Origin: Flavobacteriales bacterium
Lineage (GTDB): Bacteria > Bacteroidota > Bacteroidia > Flavobacteriales_D > CAJJDF01
Reading direction: 5' to 3'
Length of the DNA stretch: 64,000 nt
Assembly (NCBI GenBank): GCA_018609055.1
Contig: JABAYJ010000003.1
Location: 25,457 to 89,456, forward strand
Of this stretch, positions 36,396-48,300 are shown piece by piece. Position 1 is the first letter of the stretch. Every line of letters starts with the position of its first letter. Position numbers and translations under genes: made by a program. The notes under the pieces were generated by a model. It had not been told where the DNA came from and ran no database searches. It worked only from the letters and a program-made list of their open reading frames with translations.

Positions 36396-37001
36396 ATGCC
36401 AGTTAAAATTAGATTAAGAAGATTAGGAAGAAAAGGAAGACCTTTTTACCACATTGTTGCTGCTGATAGCAGAGCGCCAAGAGATGGAAAATTTCTTGAA
36501 AAAATCGGAACTTACAACCCAATTACTAACCCAGCTTCAATTGACTTAGATGTTGATTTAGCAATGAAATGGTTAGAAAACGGAGCTCAACCAACTGATA
36601 CTGCAAAGAACATTCTTTCACAAACAGGAGTTATGTACAAAAAACACTTAATGAGAGGTGTTAAAAAAGGTGCAATGACTATAGAAGAAGCTGAAGCTAA
36701 ATTTACTGCTTGGGTAGAAGAAAAGAATGCTAAGGTTGCTAAAGTTGCTGACGGAATTAACGCCAAAGCAAGTAAAATAGCTGCTGAAAAAATGAAAGCT
36801 GAAACTGCTGCTAAAGAAGCACAAGCTGCTGCAATTGCTGCTGCTAACACTCCTGAGCCAGTGGCTGAAGAAGTTGTTGCTGAAGAAGCGCCAGTAGAGG
36901 AAGCTGCAACTGAAGAAGTTGTTGCAGAAGCACCAGCTGAGGAGGTTGTTGCTGAAACTGAAGCTCCTGCTGAAGAAGCTCCAAAAACTGAAGAGAACTA
37001 A
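36396..37001 (+). CDS. rpsP: 30S ribosomal protein S16 with long Ala/Glu-rich C-terminal extension
   Basis: [42 protein letters not shown] core (about 85 aa), followed by about 115 aa of low-complexity A/E/V/K sequence. Confidence 0.93.
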   Translation: MPVKIRLRRLGRKGRPFYHIVAADSRAPRDGKFLEKIGTYNPITNPASIDLDVDLAMKWLENGAQPTDTAKNILSQTGVMYKKHLMRGVKKGAMTIEEAEAKFTAWVEEKNAKVAKVADGINAKASKIAAEKMKAETAAKEAQAAAIAAANTPEPVAEEVVAEEAPVEEAATEEVVAEAPAEEVVAETEAPAEEAPKTEEN

Positions 37002-37013
37002 ACAATTTCTATA

Positions 37014-37526
37014 ATGAAATTTGATGAATATTTTAACCTTGGAGTGATCTCCAAGGTTTTTTCATTTAAGGGCGAAATTGTAGCCCGCCTAGATGTAGAA
37101 GTACCAAATTTATTTGACAACTTACCTGCAATTTTTTTAGAAGAGAAAGGAAATCTCGTTCCTTACTTTGTAGAAAAGCTAGATCCACAAATAAATGGTT
37201 TTGTTCGTATTAAATTCCGAGGAATTGATACCCAAGAACAAGCTAAAAAAATACTGAAATGCCTTCTTTACTTACCCGATAACTTATTACCTAAGTTAAA
37301 GGAAGATGAATTCTATTTTCATGAGATTGTTGGGTTTACAGCTTTTGATGAAGACGACAAAGAAGTAGGAGAAATAGTAGAGGTTTATGATTTACCAAAT
37401 AATCCTGTAGCCGAGATATTAATTAATGGAAAGGAAGTACTTGTTCCTCTTAACTTAATGATTGAGCTCGACAAAAAAAATCAAAAAATTTATATCGAAA
37501 TTCCTGAAGGACTAGTAGATTTATAA
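37014..37526 (+). CDS. rimM: 16S rRNA processing protein RimM
   Basis: It follows rpsP as in most bacteria. GVISKVFSFKGEI start, PRC-barrel C-terminus, 170 aa. Confidence 0.85.
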   Translation: MKFDEYFNLGVISKVFSFKGEIVARLDVEVPNLFDNLPAIFLEEKGNLVPYFVEKLDPQINGFVRIKFRGIDTQEQAKKILKCLLYLPDNLLPKLKEDEFYFHEIVGFTAFDEDDKEVGEIVEVYDLPNNPVAEILINGKEVLVPLNLMIELDKKNQKIYIEIPEGLVDL

Positions 37527-38231
37527 ATGTCTGTATTCCGTTTCAAAAAATTCTCTGTACAAAACGAAAAAAGTGCAATGAAAGTAAATACCGATTCGGT
37601 ATTGCTTGGAGCTTGGGCACCTATTAATTCTAATGCAAAAACTGGATTAGATATTGGTTCAGGAACAGGAATTTTAACTTTGATGTTGGTTCAAAGAAAT
37701 CCTAATTTAACCATTACAGGAATTGAAATTGAACCCAATGCTTTTGAAGAATCAAAAACTAACTTCGAAAATTCTGAATGGAAACAAAGACTTGTAGTCG
37801 TAAATTTACCTTTGCAAAAACATATTCCTGAGTGTAAATTGGATTGTATCATCTCAAATCCTCCATACTTTATTGATGATTTAAAAAATCAAGATGCTAC
37901 TAAATCACAAGCAAGGCATACAGATACTTTATCGTTTAAAGAGCTTATCAATTTTGCTGAAATTCATTTATCTGAAATGGGAACTTTTAGTTTAATCCTC
38001 CCTAAAACGGAGAGTGAAATATTTAGAAATATAGCTTCTGAAAGTGAACTTCATCTTCAACAAATAGCATTTATTCAACCGAATAAAAACAAATCCATAA
38101 ATAGAGTTATGATGTGTTTTGGGAAAGAAGAAAAGGAATTAAACGAAGAAACATTTTGTGTATATCAATCGCACCAAGTATATTCAGAAAGGCATCACGA
38201 ATTGACACGAAATTTTTATTTAGATAAATAA
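37527..38231 (+). CDS. trmN6: tRNA1(Val) (adenine37-N6)-methyltransferase (YfiC/TrmN6-like)
   Basis: FKKFSVQNEKSAMKVNTDSVLLGAW start, SAM motif DIGSGTGIL, and catalytic NPPYF. Confidence 0.75.
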   Translation: MSVFRFKKFSVQNEKSAMKVNTDSVLLGAWAPINSNAKTGLDIGSGTGILTLMLVQRNPNLTITGIEIEPNAFEESKTNFENSEWKQRLVVVNLPLQKHIPECKLDCIISNPPYFIDDLKNQDATKSQARHTDTLSFKELINFAEIHLSEMGTFSLILPKTESEIFRNIASESELHLQQIAFIQPNKNKSINRVMMCFGKEEKELNEETFCVYQSHQVYSERHHELTRNFYLDK

Positions 38232-38348
38232 ATCTTAGGATTGATTGGTAGATAATTTCCTTACTTTTACTTTGTAATTCTATGACAGAATGACACGATA
38301 AATGAATATTTTTAAGGAACAATTTGTTGTTTTTTGTCATTAAAACGG

Positions 38349-38368
38349 TTGGCACAAAAAGTGCATAA
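38349..38368 (+). promoter_or_regulatory. Candidate regulatory element upstream of groES (sigma-54-like -24/-12 spacing; also a GCAC-N5-GTGC palindrome)
   Basis: TTGGCAC-AAAAA-GTGCATAA. The GG and GC dinucleotides are spaced as in TGGCAC-N5-TTGC. It ends 50 nt upstream of the groES ATG. Confidence 0.3.
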
Positions 38369-38417
38369 GTCTTATCAGTATTTTTAATTAAGTATTAACT
38401 AAAAAAATTAAAACATT

Positions 38418-38696
38418 ATGTCAGTAAATATCAAACCTCTTACAGATAGAGTTGTAATAGAACCTACTCCGGTTCAAGAAAAAACGGCTTCTGGAATTAT
38501 TATACCAGATGCATCAAAAGAAAAACCTCTTAAAGGAAAAGTAGTTGCTGCTGGACCTGGTAAAATAGACGAACCAATGACTGTGAAAGCAGGAGATAAT
38601 GTTCTTTACGGACAGTATTCTGGTACGGAAGTAAAATTAGATGGAACTACTTACCTTATAATGAGAGAAGCAGACATCTTTGGAATATTAAGTTAA
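38418..38696 (+). CDS. groES: Co-chaperonin GroES
   Basis: IKPLTDRVVIEP...TASGIIIPD...GKVVAAGPG; 92 aa. Confidence 0.95.
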   Translation: MSVNIKPLTDRVVIEPTPVQEKTASGIIIPDASKEKPLKGKVVAAGPGKIDEPMTVKAGDNVLYGQYSGTEVKLDGTTYLIMREADIFGILS

Positions 38697-38716
38697 ACAT
38701 TCAAAAAAAATTATAA

Positions 38717-40357
<1,641 letters not shown>

Positions 40358-40378
40358 TCGTTTTATATAAAATTACAA

Positions 40379-40412
40379 ACCCGAATTTCAGAAATGAGAT
40401 TCGGGTTTTTTT
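40379..40412 (+). terminator. Rho-independent terminator
   Basis: ACCCGAAT / ATTCGGGT stem followed by a T7 run. Confidence 0.8.
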
Positions 40413-40458
40413 ATGGGTAGAATTTTACTAAATTTAGTTGAAATTATATCCCAACCAA

Positions 40459-42360
40459 ATGAGCCACTACAACCTAACTTCAAAAGAACAATACTTAAAT
40501 GCTTACCAAGATTCTATGGAACACCCAGAGAAATTTTGGGAAGAAATAGCTGAAGAGAATTTTGTTTGGAGAAAAAAATGGGAAAATATTGTGGATTGGG
40601 ATTTTACCAAACCAGAAATAAAATGGTTTGAAGGAGCTAAACTAAACATTACAGAAAACTGTATTGACAGACATTTGGAAACAAGAGGAGATAAAACGGC
40701 TATTTTATTTGAACCCAATAATCCTGAAGATGAAGCTGAACACATAACCTACAACCAATTATCAGAAAGGGTAAATAAGTTTGCAAATGTGCTTAAAGAT
40801 CACGGAATAAAAAAAGGAGATAGAGTATGTATTTATGTTCCTATGATTCCTGAATTGGCAGTGTCTATTTTGGCTTGTGCAAGAATTGGAGCGGTTCATT
40901 CGGTAGTTTTTGCTGGGTTTTCGGCAACAGCTTTGGCTACCAGAATAAATGATTGCGATTGTAAAATGGTAATTACAGCAGATGGTTCTTACCGAGGAGC
41001 AAAAACAATTGACCTAAAAGGAATTGTAGACGAAGCACTAAAATCTTGTCCCGTTACAACTGATGTATTAGTTGTGAAACGAATAAACTCTGAAGTTGAG
41101 ATGAAGGAAGGGAGAGATAAATGGGTACAACCTTTATTAGATTCTGCCTCACCAATCTGCCCTATTGAAATTATGGATGCAGAAGATCCTTTGTTTATTT
41201 TATACACTTCGGGGTCTACTGGTTCTCCAAAAGGAATGGTGCACACCACAGCAGGATATATGGTCTATTCGTCTTACACTTTTAAAAATATATTTCAATA
41301 CCAAGAGGATGATGTGTATTGGTGTACTGCCGATATTGGTTGGATTACAGGCCACAGTTATATCGTTTACGGTCCACTTGCAAATGGTGCAACTTCGGTT
41401 ATGTTCGAAGGCGTTCCTAGCTATCCAGATTGTGGAAGATTTTGGGAAATTGTAGCGAAGCATAAAGTGAATCAGTTTTATACTGCTCCTACAGCAATTC
41501 GTGCTTTAGCAAAAGAAAGTGATGAGTTTGTAAATAAACATGATTTGTCCTCCTTAAAAATGTTGGGTACAGTAGGAGAACCAATTAACGTAGAGGCTTG
41601 GAATTGGTACAATGAAAAAGTCGGAAGAGGAAATTGCCCAATTGCCGATACTTGGTTTCAAACAGAAACAGGTGGAATATTAATTTCGTCCATTCCAGGA
41701 GTAACAGAGAGTATTCCAACTTTTGCTACTTTGCCTTTCCCAGGAATTCAATTGGCCTTGATGAACGAAAACGGGAAAGAAATTGATGAGAATAATACGG
41801 ATGGTAGGTTAGTAATTAAATTTCCTTGGCCATCTATTGCTCGCTCAATTTGGGGTGATCATAAACGATACAAAGAAACTTATTTTACTGCTTTCGCAAA
41901 CAATTATTTTACTGGAGATGGTGCTTTCCGTGATGAGAATGGAAACTATAGAATTACTGGTCGTGTAGATGATGTGATTATCGTTTCGGGTCATAATTTA
42001 GGAACTGCTCCTATCGAAGATGCCATTAACGAACATCCTTTGGTTGCCGAATCTGCCATAGTTGGTTTTCCTCACGACATTAAAGGAAACGCTCTTTACG
42101 GATACATTACTTTAAAAGAAGGAAACTATGAAGCAGATAAGCTAAGAATAGAAATTAACGCCCTTATTGCGGAGAAAATTGGATCTATTGCTAAGCTGAA
42201 CAAAATTCAGTTTACAAATGGTTTACCAAAAACTCGTTCGGGTAAAATTATGCGAAGAATCCTAAGAAAAATTGCCTGTAACGAATCAGATCAGTTAGGA
42301 GATATTTCTACTTTACTTAACCCAGAATGTGTAGATGAAGTTATTGAAGGGGTTTTGTAA
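40459..42360 (+). CDS. acs: Acetyl-CoA synthetase (AMP-forming)
   Basis: ATG at 40459 gives MSHYNLTSKEQY.... YTSGSTGSPKG AMP-binding motif, WCTADIGWITGHSY, and terminal SGKIMRRILRKIA. Confidence 0.93.
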   Translation: MSHYNLTSKEQYLNAYQDSMEHPEKFWEEIAEENFVWRKKWENIVDWDFTKPEIKWFEGAKLNITENCIDRHLETRGDKTAILFEPNNPEDEAEHITYNQLSERVNKFANVLKDHGIKKGDRVCIYVPMIPELAVSILACARIGAVHSVVFAGFSATALATRINDCDCKMVITADGSYRGAKTIDLKGIVDEALKSCPVTTDVLVVKRINSEVEMKEGRDKWVQPLLDSASPICPIEIMDAEDPLFILYTSGSTGSPKGMVHTTAGYMVYSSYTFKNIFQYQEDDVYWCTADIGWITGHSYIVYGPLANGATSVMFEGVPSYPDCGRFWEIVAKHKVNQFYTAPTAIRALAKESDEFVNKHDLSSLKMLGTVGEPINVEAWNWYNEKVGRGNCPIADTWFQTETGGILISSIPGVTESIPTFATLPFPGIQLALMNENGKEIDENNTDGRLVIKFPWPSIARSIWGDHKRYKETYFTAFANNYFTGDGAFRDENGNYRITGRVDDVIIVSGHNLGTAPIEDAINEHPLVAESAIVGFPHDIKGNALYGYITLKEGNYEADKLRIEINALIAEKIGSIAKLNKIQFTNGLPKTRSGKIMRRILRKIACNESDQLGDISTLLNPECVDEVIEGVL

Positions 42361-42376
42361 AAATAAATAAACTAAA

Positions 42377-42889
42377 ATGGATTACTTTAATATAATTATA
42401 GACTTCCTAAAGGCTAATCTAACTCCAACAACTATAATTGCAGCTTTTATTATGAGTGTAATTATAAAAGGAATAAATAAATTATTCTTTTACTTAGCCA
42501 AAGTTTCAGCTAATAGATTTAATTATAATAATAAAACAAATGTTAGATACTTAATTTCATTTTATGAAAATAAATTAATAGAATTAGAAGAGTTAAAAAA
42601 CATGAAAACAGAAAGAGTTTTAAAAATAGCAGATAATATTATGGAAAGTTCTTTGTCATTAATACTTTTAATATCCATCTTATTCATAATTAAAGAATTT
42701 TCTGGTAACATGACATTTTTTGCGTTTTTTGGAGCCGCTTTTACTAAAATAACTTCTGATATATTCAATATAATCTCCGACTATAAATTAATTCGAAACG
42801 CTAAAAAATATAAGGAATCTAAAGTGAAATTAGAAGAAAAGATAACAAAGGTTAGTCTTCTGCTAGACAGTGTCAGAAAGAAAAACTAA
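42377..42889 (+). CDS. Hypothetical membrane protein (170 aa, very AT-rich)
   Basis: Two hydrophobic segments separated by a charged helical region. I recognise no motif. Confidence 0.45.
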   Translation: MDYFNIIIDFLKANLTPTTIIAAFIMSVIIKGINKLFFYLAKVSANRFNYNNKTNVRYLISFYENKLIELEELKNMKTERVLKIADNIMESSLSLILLISILFIIKEFSGNMTFFAFFGAAFTKITSDIFNIISDYKLIRNAKKYKESKVKLEEKITKVSLLLDSVRKKN

Positions 42890-42890
42890 C

Positions 42891-43589
42891 CTACTTCACC
42901 ATGTCAGGGAAATCCTTTTTAAACCTATTTAATCTAGGAACAGAAACTGCTCTGATGTAAGATTGGTTTGGGTGCAATCTTTCGTAATCTTGGTGGTAGT
43001 CTTCTGCAATCCAAAATTTATCAAATTTAGTAACTTCAGCAGCTGGTTTTAATCCAGAAGCTACAAGCTCAGAAACTTTAGCTTCGATTATAGCTTTTTC
43101 AGAAGCATCCGAGTAAAATATAATGCTACGATATTGGCTTCCTCTATCGTTTCCTTGCCCATTAGCTTGTTCAATATTTTGAGTTCCGTAATAAATATTA
43201 ACTAACTCCTTAAAACTAATCACACTAGAATCGTAAATAACCTCAACTGCCTCGGCATGTCCTGTTTTACCTGTGTTAGATGATTCGTAAGTTGGGTTTT
43301 TAGTTGTTCCACCTGAATAACCAGAAATTACTTCTTGAACTCCTTTTGTGTGCTCATAAATTGCCTCCACACACCAAAAACATCCACTTGCAAAATAAGC
43401 TTTCACTAAATTATCTGGATCTACATAAACAACTTCTTTAGGAGCTTCTTCTAACACTACAGCTACTTCGTTTTCGACTAAAGAGGTTGTTTCTTCAGCA
43501 TCAGAAACAGAAGTGTCTGATTGTACTTTGCTAGAATTGCATGATATAAATAATGATATTGATAAGAGTATGGCAAATAAATTTTTCAT
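42891..43589 (-). CDS. msrA: Peptide-methionine (S)-S-oxide reductase MsrA, exported/lipoprotein form
   Basis: Lipobox (LFISCNSS) and a Ser/Glu-rich linker. Catalytic motif ASGCFWCVEA and GHAEAVEV. Confidence 0.9.
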   Translation of the reverse strand: MKNLFAILLSISLFISCNSSKVQSDTSVSDAEETTSLVENEVAVVLEEAPKEVVYVDPDNLVKAYFASGCFWCVEAIYEHTKGVQEVISGYSGGTTKNPTYESSNTGKTGHAEAVEVIYDSSVISFKELVNIYYGTQNIEQANGQGNDRGSQYRSIIFYSDASEKAIIEAKVSELVASGLKPAAEVTKFDKFWIAEDYHQDYERLHPNQSYIRAVSVPRLNRFKKDFPDMVK

Positions 43590-43677
43590 AATAAGTTTTG
43601 TTATTCTTAAGACGAATTTAAACTTAAAATCTTACTATATCCATTTTAACAGACTTGTATTTAGAAAAAATCAGTCT

Positions 43678-43699
43678 ATTAGTTGCATATACAACTAAT
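43678..43699. promoter_or_regulatory. Inverted repeat, candidate MarR operator
   Basis: ATTAGTTG-catata-CAACTAAT (perfect 8-bp arms), 20 nt upstream of the annotated MarR start. Confidence 0.4.
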
Positions 43700-43718
43700 T
43701 TAGTTTTACCTTTGTTTC

Positions 43719-44186
43719 GTGAACGAAAAACTACATATAGAATTCAAAAATTCTCTTGGCCCTTGGATAGGTAGAACAATGAAGTTGATTGATCATAAGA
43801 TTGAAGACATTCTTTCTGAGAATAATATAAGTCTGAGTAAAATGCAGTTTTTAACTCTTAAAACTGTGGTAGAAAATGATGGAATTAGTCAAAATGAATT
43901 GGCATTCTTCGCCAATAGAGATAAATCATCTCTTACCAGAATGATTAACACCTTAATTACTAAAGGATATATTACCAAGTGTTCGTCTAAAGAAGATAAG
44001 AGAAAAAACCACATTCACATTACAAAAGAAGGAACCAATATCCTTGAAAAAGCTATTCCACATTTTAGAAAAATGGCAGGTAAAATTGAACAAAACTTGA
44101 CTATTAAAGAGATAAAAGTAGCAAAAAAGATTTTAAAAAAAATTCAGGAAAACGTAACTAATGAAGAAGGTAAACCCTTTTTCTAA
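43719..44186 (+). CDS. MarR-family transcriptional regulator
   Basis: wHTH pattern (LSKMQFLTLKTVVENDGISQNELAFFANRDKSSLTRMINTLITKGYI...DKRKNHIHITKEG). GTG start. An ATG at 43779 is an alternative start. Confidence 0.8.
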   Translation: MNEKLHIEFKNSLGPWIGRTMKLIDHKIEDILSENNISLSKMQFLTLKTVVENDGISQNELAFFANRDKSSLTRMINTLITKGYITKCSSKEDKRKNHIHITKEGTNILEKAIPHFRKMAGKIEQNLTIKEIKVAKKILKKIQENVTNEEGKPFF

Positions 44187-44196
44187 TAAACTAATT

Positions 44197-45303
44197 ATGA
44201 AAAAAAAACTTCAACTTCCTATTGCAATAGGAATTATAGCCTTAGCTCTTGGTGTTAAAAAAATGATGGAGAGTAGTAAAAAAGCACCCGACAAAAAGAC
44301 AACCAAAACCATTAAATCCATAACTACAACTCTGGTTTCCAACTCCTCATTACCAATACAAATTCAAAGTACTGGTTCTATTATGGCAAAAGATAGAGCA
44401 GTTTTATACTCTGAGGTTCAGGGAATATTTCAGCAGACATCTAAGCCATTTAAAGCTGGGGTAAGATATAGTAATGGTCAAGCGCTTATCAGAATTAATA
44501 ACTCAGAGTATGCAGCTTCAGTAAAGTCACAAAGAATAAATTTTAAGAGTTTAATCATAGGGACTTTGGCTGATATTCAATTTGATTATCCTGCTGAATT
44601 AACAGCTTGGAAAAACTATGCAAATAGTATTTCATCCGATAATTCTCTTCCATCAATGCCTAAAGTTACTAATGAAAATTTCTCTAATTACCTTTCGGGT
44701 AAGTCAATTTTTGGAAACTATTATACCATTAAAAATCTAGAAACTAGATTGGCAAAGTACACAATCACAGCTCCTTTCTCTGGGGTTTTAGTAGAAGCTA
44801 ACATCACTCCAGGAACTTTAATCTCTCCAGGACAAAAATTAGGAGAATTCATCCGAACAGGTATTTATGAATTGGAATTAAATGTAAATGCAAGTTTGAC
44901 TGATTTCTTGAAATTAGGAAAAAAAGTAACGCTATTTAATACTGATAAAACAAGCACTTACGAAGGAACCGTATCTCGAATAAATTCTCAAATTGATAGA
45001 GCTTCACAAACGGTTAAGCTATTTGTTGAAGTCCGTTCCAATGAGCTGAGTGAAGGAGAATATTTAGAGGCAGATATTAATGCTCAAAACATTGATAATG
45101 TTTTAGAAATAAATAGAAACCTAATTGTAGACGAAAGTTATGTTTTCCTTGTAAAGGATAGTTTATTGATAAAGCAACCGATTTCAATTGTGCATTCGTC
45201 ACAAAACTCAATCATTGTAAAAGGATTAACAGATTCATCTGAGCTAGTTGCAACTCCTGTTCCTGGTGGATACGAAGGAATGAAAGTTATTGTAAAAAAC
45301 TAA
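44197..45303 (+). CDS. Efflux RND transporter periplasmic adaptor subunit (HlyD/MFP family)
   Basis: ATG at 44197 gives a signal-anchor (MKKKLQLPIAIGIIALALG). Adaptor barrel-sandwich motifs are present (ITAPFSGVL, LISPGQKLGE). Confidence 0.8.
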   Translation: MKKKLQLPIAIGIIALALGVKKMMESSKKAPDKKTTKTIKSITTTLVSNSSLPIQIQSTGSIMAKDRAVLYSEVQGIFQQTSKPFKAGVRYSNGQALIRINNSEYAASVKSQRINFKSLIIGTLADIQFDYPAELTAWKNYANSISSDNSLPSMPKVTNENFSNYLSGKSIFGNYYTIKNLETRLAKYTITAPFSGVLVEANITPGTLISPGQKLGEFIRTGIYELELNVNASLTDFLKLGKKVTLFNTDKTSTYEGTVSRINSQIDRASQTVKLFVEVRSNELSEGEYLEADINAQNIDNVLEINRNLIVDESYVFLVKDSLLIKQPISIVHSSQNSIIVKGLTDSSELVATPVPGGYEGMKVIVKN

Positions 45304-45323
45304 TCTGACAACTCTAGAACAGA

Positions 45324-48300
45324 ATGAAAAATTTATTAGCATACTTCATAAAATATCCAATTGCTGGATGGATAATCGTCCTCGGTTTTATCCTATTTGG
45401 TTATTTCGGATTCACTAACCTTACCTCCTCTTTTTTCCCACTTTCGGAGTCCAGAGTAATCACAATTAAACTTGCTTACCCGGGAGCTTCTCCCGAAGAG
45501 ATGGAAGAAGGTGTAGTGCTTAAGATCGAGGATAACCTAAAAGGAATTGTAGGAATTGACAGAGTTACCTCCAAATCTTATGAAAACTCAGCAGCAATTA
45601 CTGTAGAGACTTTCAAAGGGCTTGATACGGATGTAATATTAGCCGAAGTGAAAAATGCAGTGGATAAAGTTCCTAGTTTTCCTAGCGGGATGGAACCTCC
45701 TGTTATTGCAAAAAAAGAAGCGACAAGGCAAACTATTGCTTTCTCGGTAAGTGGAGAAGGAGTTCCATTGGCTGTGCTAAAGCAAAAAGCTCAGTTAATA
45801 GAAAAAGAACTACTAAGAAAAGATGGGATTTCACAAGTTACTATTTCTGGTTTTCCTGACGAAGAAATAGAAATTGCAGTTACAGAAGCTGGCTTAAGAG
45901 CTTACAATTTAAGCTTCCAACAAGTGGCAAATGCTGTTGCTAAAAATAGCTTAATAACTACAGGTGGATCTATAAAAACTGATGCAGAAGAATATTTAAT
46001 TCGTGCTAGTAGCAGAGCCTACTATGCGAATGAACTGGAGAATATTGTTGTTAAATCGAGTGAAAACGGAAACGTAGTTTTACTAAAAGAAGTAGCTACT
46101 TTACGCGATAAATTTAACGAAAACCCAAACGGAATATACTTTAATGGAAACACAGCAGTAAACATTACGGTACAAAACACCAATAGCGAAGACTTAATTT
46201 CTACAGCTTATTATGTAAAAAAATACATTGGCGAATACAACCTTACTTCCAGTGATGTAGAGCTAAATGTAACTTCGGATTCTTCTATAACTTTAACCCA
46301 AAGAACAGATCTTTTATTGAATAATGCATTGGTCGGAATGTTTTTAGTTTTAATAATCTTATCTATATTTCTTAAACCAAGAATTGCCATGTGGGTAGCA
46401 TTTGGACTGCCAATTTCCTTCTTAGGAATGTTTGCTATTGCAGGGTTTTTTGATGTAACGATTAATGTACTTTCTCTGTTCGCAATGATAATTGTAATAG
46501 GAATTTTAGTAGATGATGGGATTGTAATTGCCGAGAATATATTTTCTCATCACGAAAGAGGTAAATCTCCAGTACGTGCAGCAATAGATGGGACTCTAGA
46601 AGTAATTCCCCCTATTATTTCTGCTATATTAACCACTATGTTGGCTTTCTCTACTTTCTTATTTTTAGATGGAAGAATAGGAGAGTTTTTTGGAGAAGTC
46701 TCCGTCATTGTGTTGATTACACTATCTGTTTCTTTAATAGAAGCTCTTATCATTTTGCCATCTCACATTGCTCACTCCAAAACGTTACAAAAGGAAACTA
46801 AGCCTTTCAAATTTAACCTTAAAGCGGAGCAGTTTATGAATTATCTACGTGATAATTTATACCAACCTATTCTAAACTTTTTCTTAAGAAATAAAATAGT
46901 AGGATTTGCTATTATGCTGGGGTTATTCCTAATAACAATTGGAGGAATGAAAGGAGGAATAATTCGAATGACTTTCTTTCCGCAAATTGCAAGTGATAGA
47001 GTTCAAATTACTTTGAACATGCCACAAGGAACGAATGAAAACGTAACGGATTCATTAATCACAAACCTAGAAAATAGTGTGTGGAGCGTAAATGAAAAAT
47101 ATCTTGGGACTCAATCTGGAGGAGATTCTGTTGTACTCAATATTGTAAAAACAATTGGCCCTGGTTCTTCTGTTGCTTCGCTTACAGTGAATTTACTTCA
47201 AGGAGAATTTAGAGAAATTTCTTCACCCGAAATTACGAATGCCATTCAAGATACCGCAGATGAAATAATAGGAGCCGAGAGTTTAGTTTTTGGTTCGGGA
47301 GCTGTGTTTGGTGGTTCTCCTATTGCGGTTTCCTTATTGGGAAACAAAATTGATGAACTTAAAGCTGCAAAAAAAGAGCTAAAAGAGGCCCTTGGTGATA
47401 TTGAAGGAATAAAAGACATTACTGACAACGATCCACAGGGAATTAAAGAAATAACAGTAAATCTTAAGCCAAATGCTTACCTTCTTGGTTTTACATTAAA
47501 TGATGTAATGAGCCAAGTGCGAAGTGCATTTTTTGGGGCTCAAGCACAAAGATTCCAAAGAGGAGAAGACGAGATAAAAGTTTGGGTTCGTTATGATGAA
47601 AAAGAAAGAAAATCGATTAATAACTTAACTAACATGAAGCTTGTAGCTCCATCTGGTGCAAGAGTTCCCTTTGCAGAAATTGCCGATTACTCTATTGCTC
47701 GTGGAGAGATCTCCATTAATCATCTTGAGGGACAAAGAGAAATACAAGTAAAAGCTGATTTGGTAGACCCGAAAGCAAGTGCTACAGATTTTATGGCTAA
47801 TGTTAAGGATTCGCTAGTGCCCAATATTTTAGCCAAATACTCTTCTGTTACACCACTTTACGAAGGGCAGAATCGTGAAGCAGTAAAAACTCAAAAATCG
47901 TTAAGCCCAACAGGACCAATAATTCTGATATTTATCTACATAGTAATTGCCTTTACTTTTAGGAGTTACAGCCAGCCTTTTGTACTTATCGCTTTGGTTC
48001 CTTTTAGCTTAATAGGAATAGGATGGGGCCATTGGATTCATGGGTTTTCCATCAATATACTTTCAGGATTAGGAATTATTGCTTTAATAGGAATTATGGT
48101 AAATGATGGATTGGTTTTGATCTCTAAATTTAATTCCAACCTAAAACAAGGGATGACATTTGATGAGGCTTTAGCAGAAGCTTGTAAATCAAGATTTAGA
48201 GCTATTTTTCTTACTACAATCACAACAGTTGCAGGTCTTACCCCTCTTATTTTTGAAAAAAGTTTACAAGCTCAATTTCTTATACCAATGGCAATTTCAA

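Noticed and set aside
38349-38368. CIRCE (HrcA operator) upstream of groES.
   Set aside because: The arms resemble TTAGCAC/GTGCTAA, but the spacer between the 7-mers is 5 nt instead of the canonical 13 nt (TC-N9-GA). I kept it only as an unclassified palindrome / sigma-54-like element.
43707-43714. A TACCTTTG -7-type promoter box as the MarR promoter.
   Set aside because: It ends only 4 nt before the GTG start. That start seems needed for the first MarR helix (SLGPWIGRTMKLI...), so the box and that start are mutually inconsistent. I left this unresolved.
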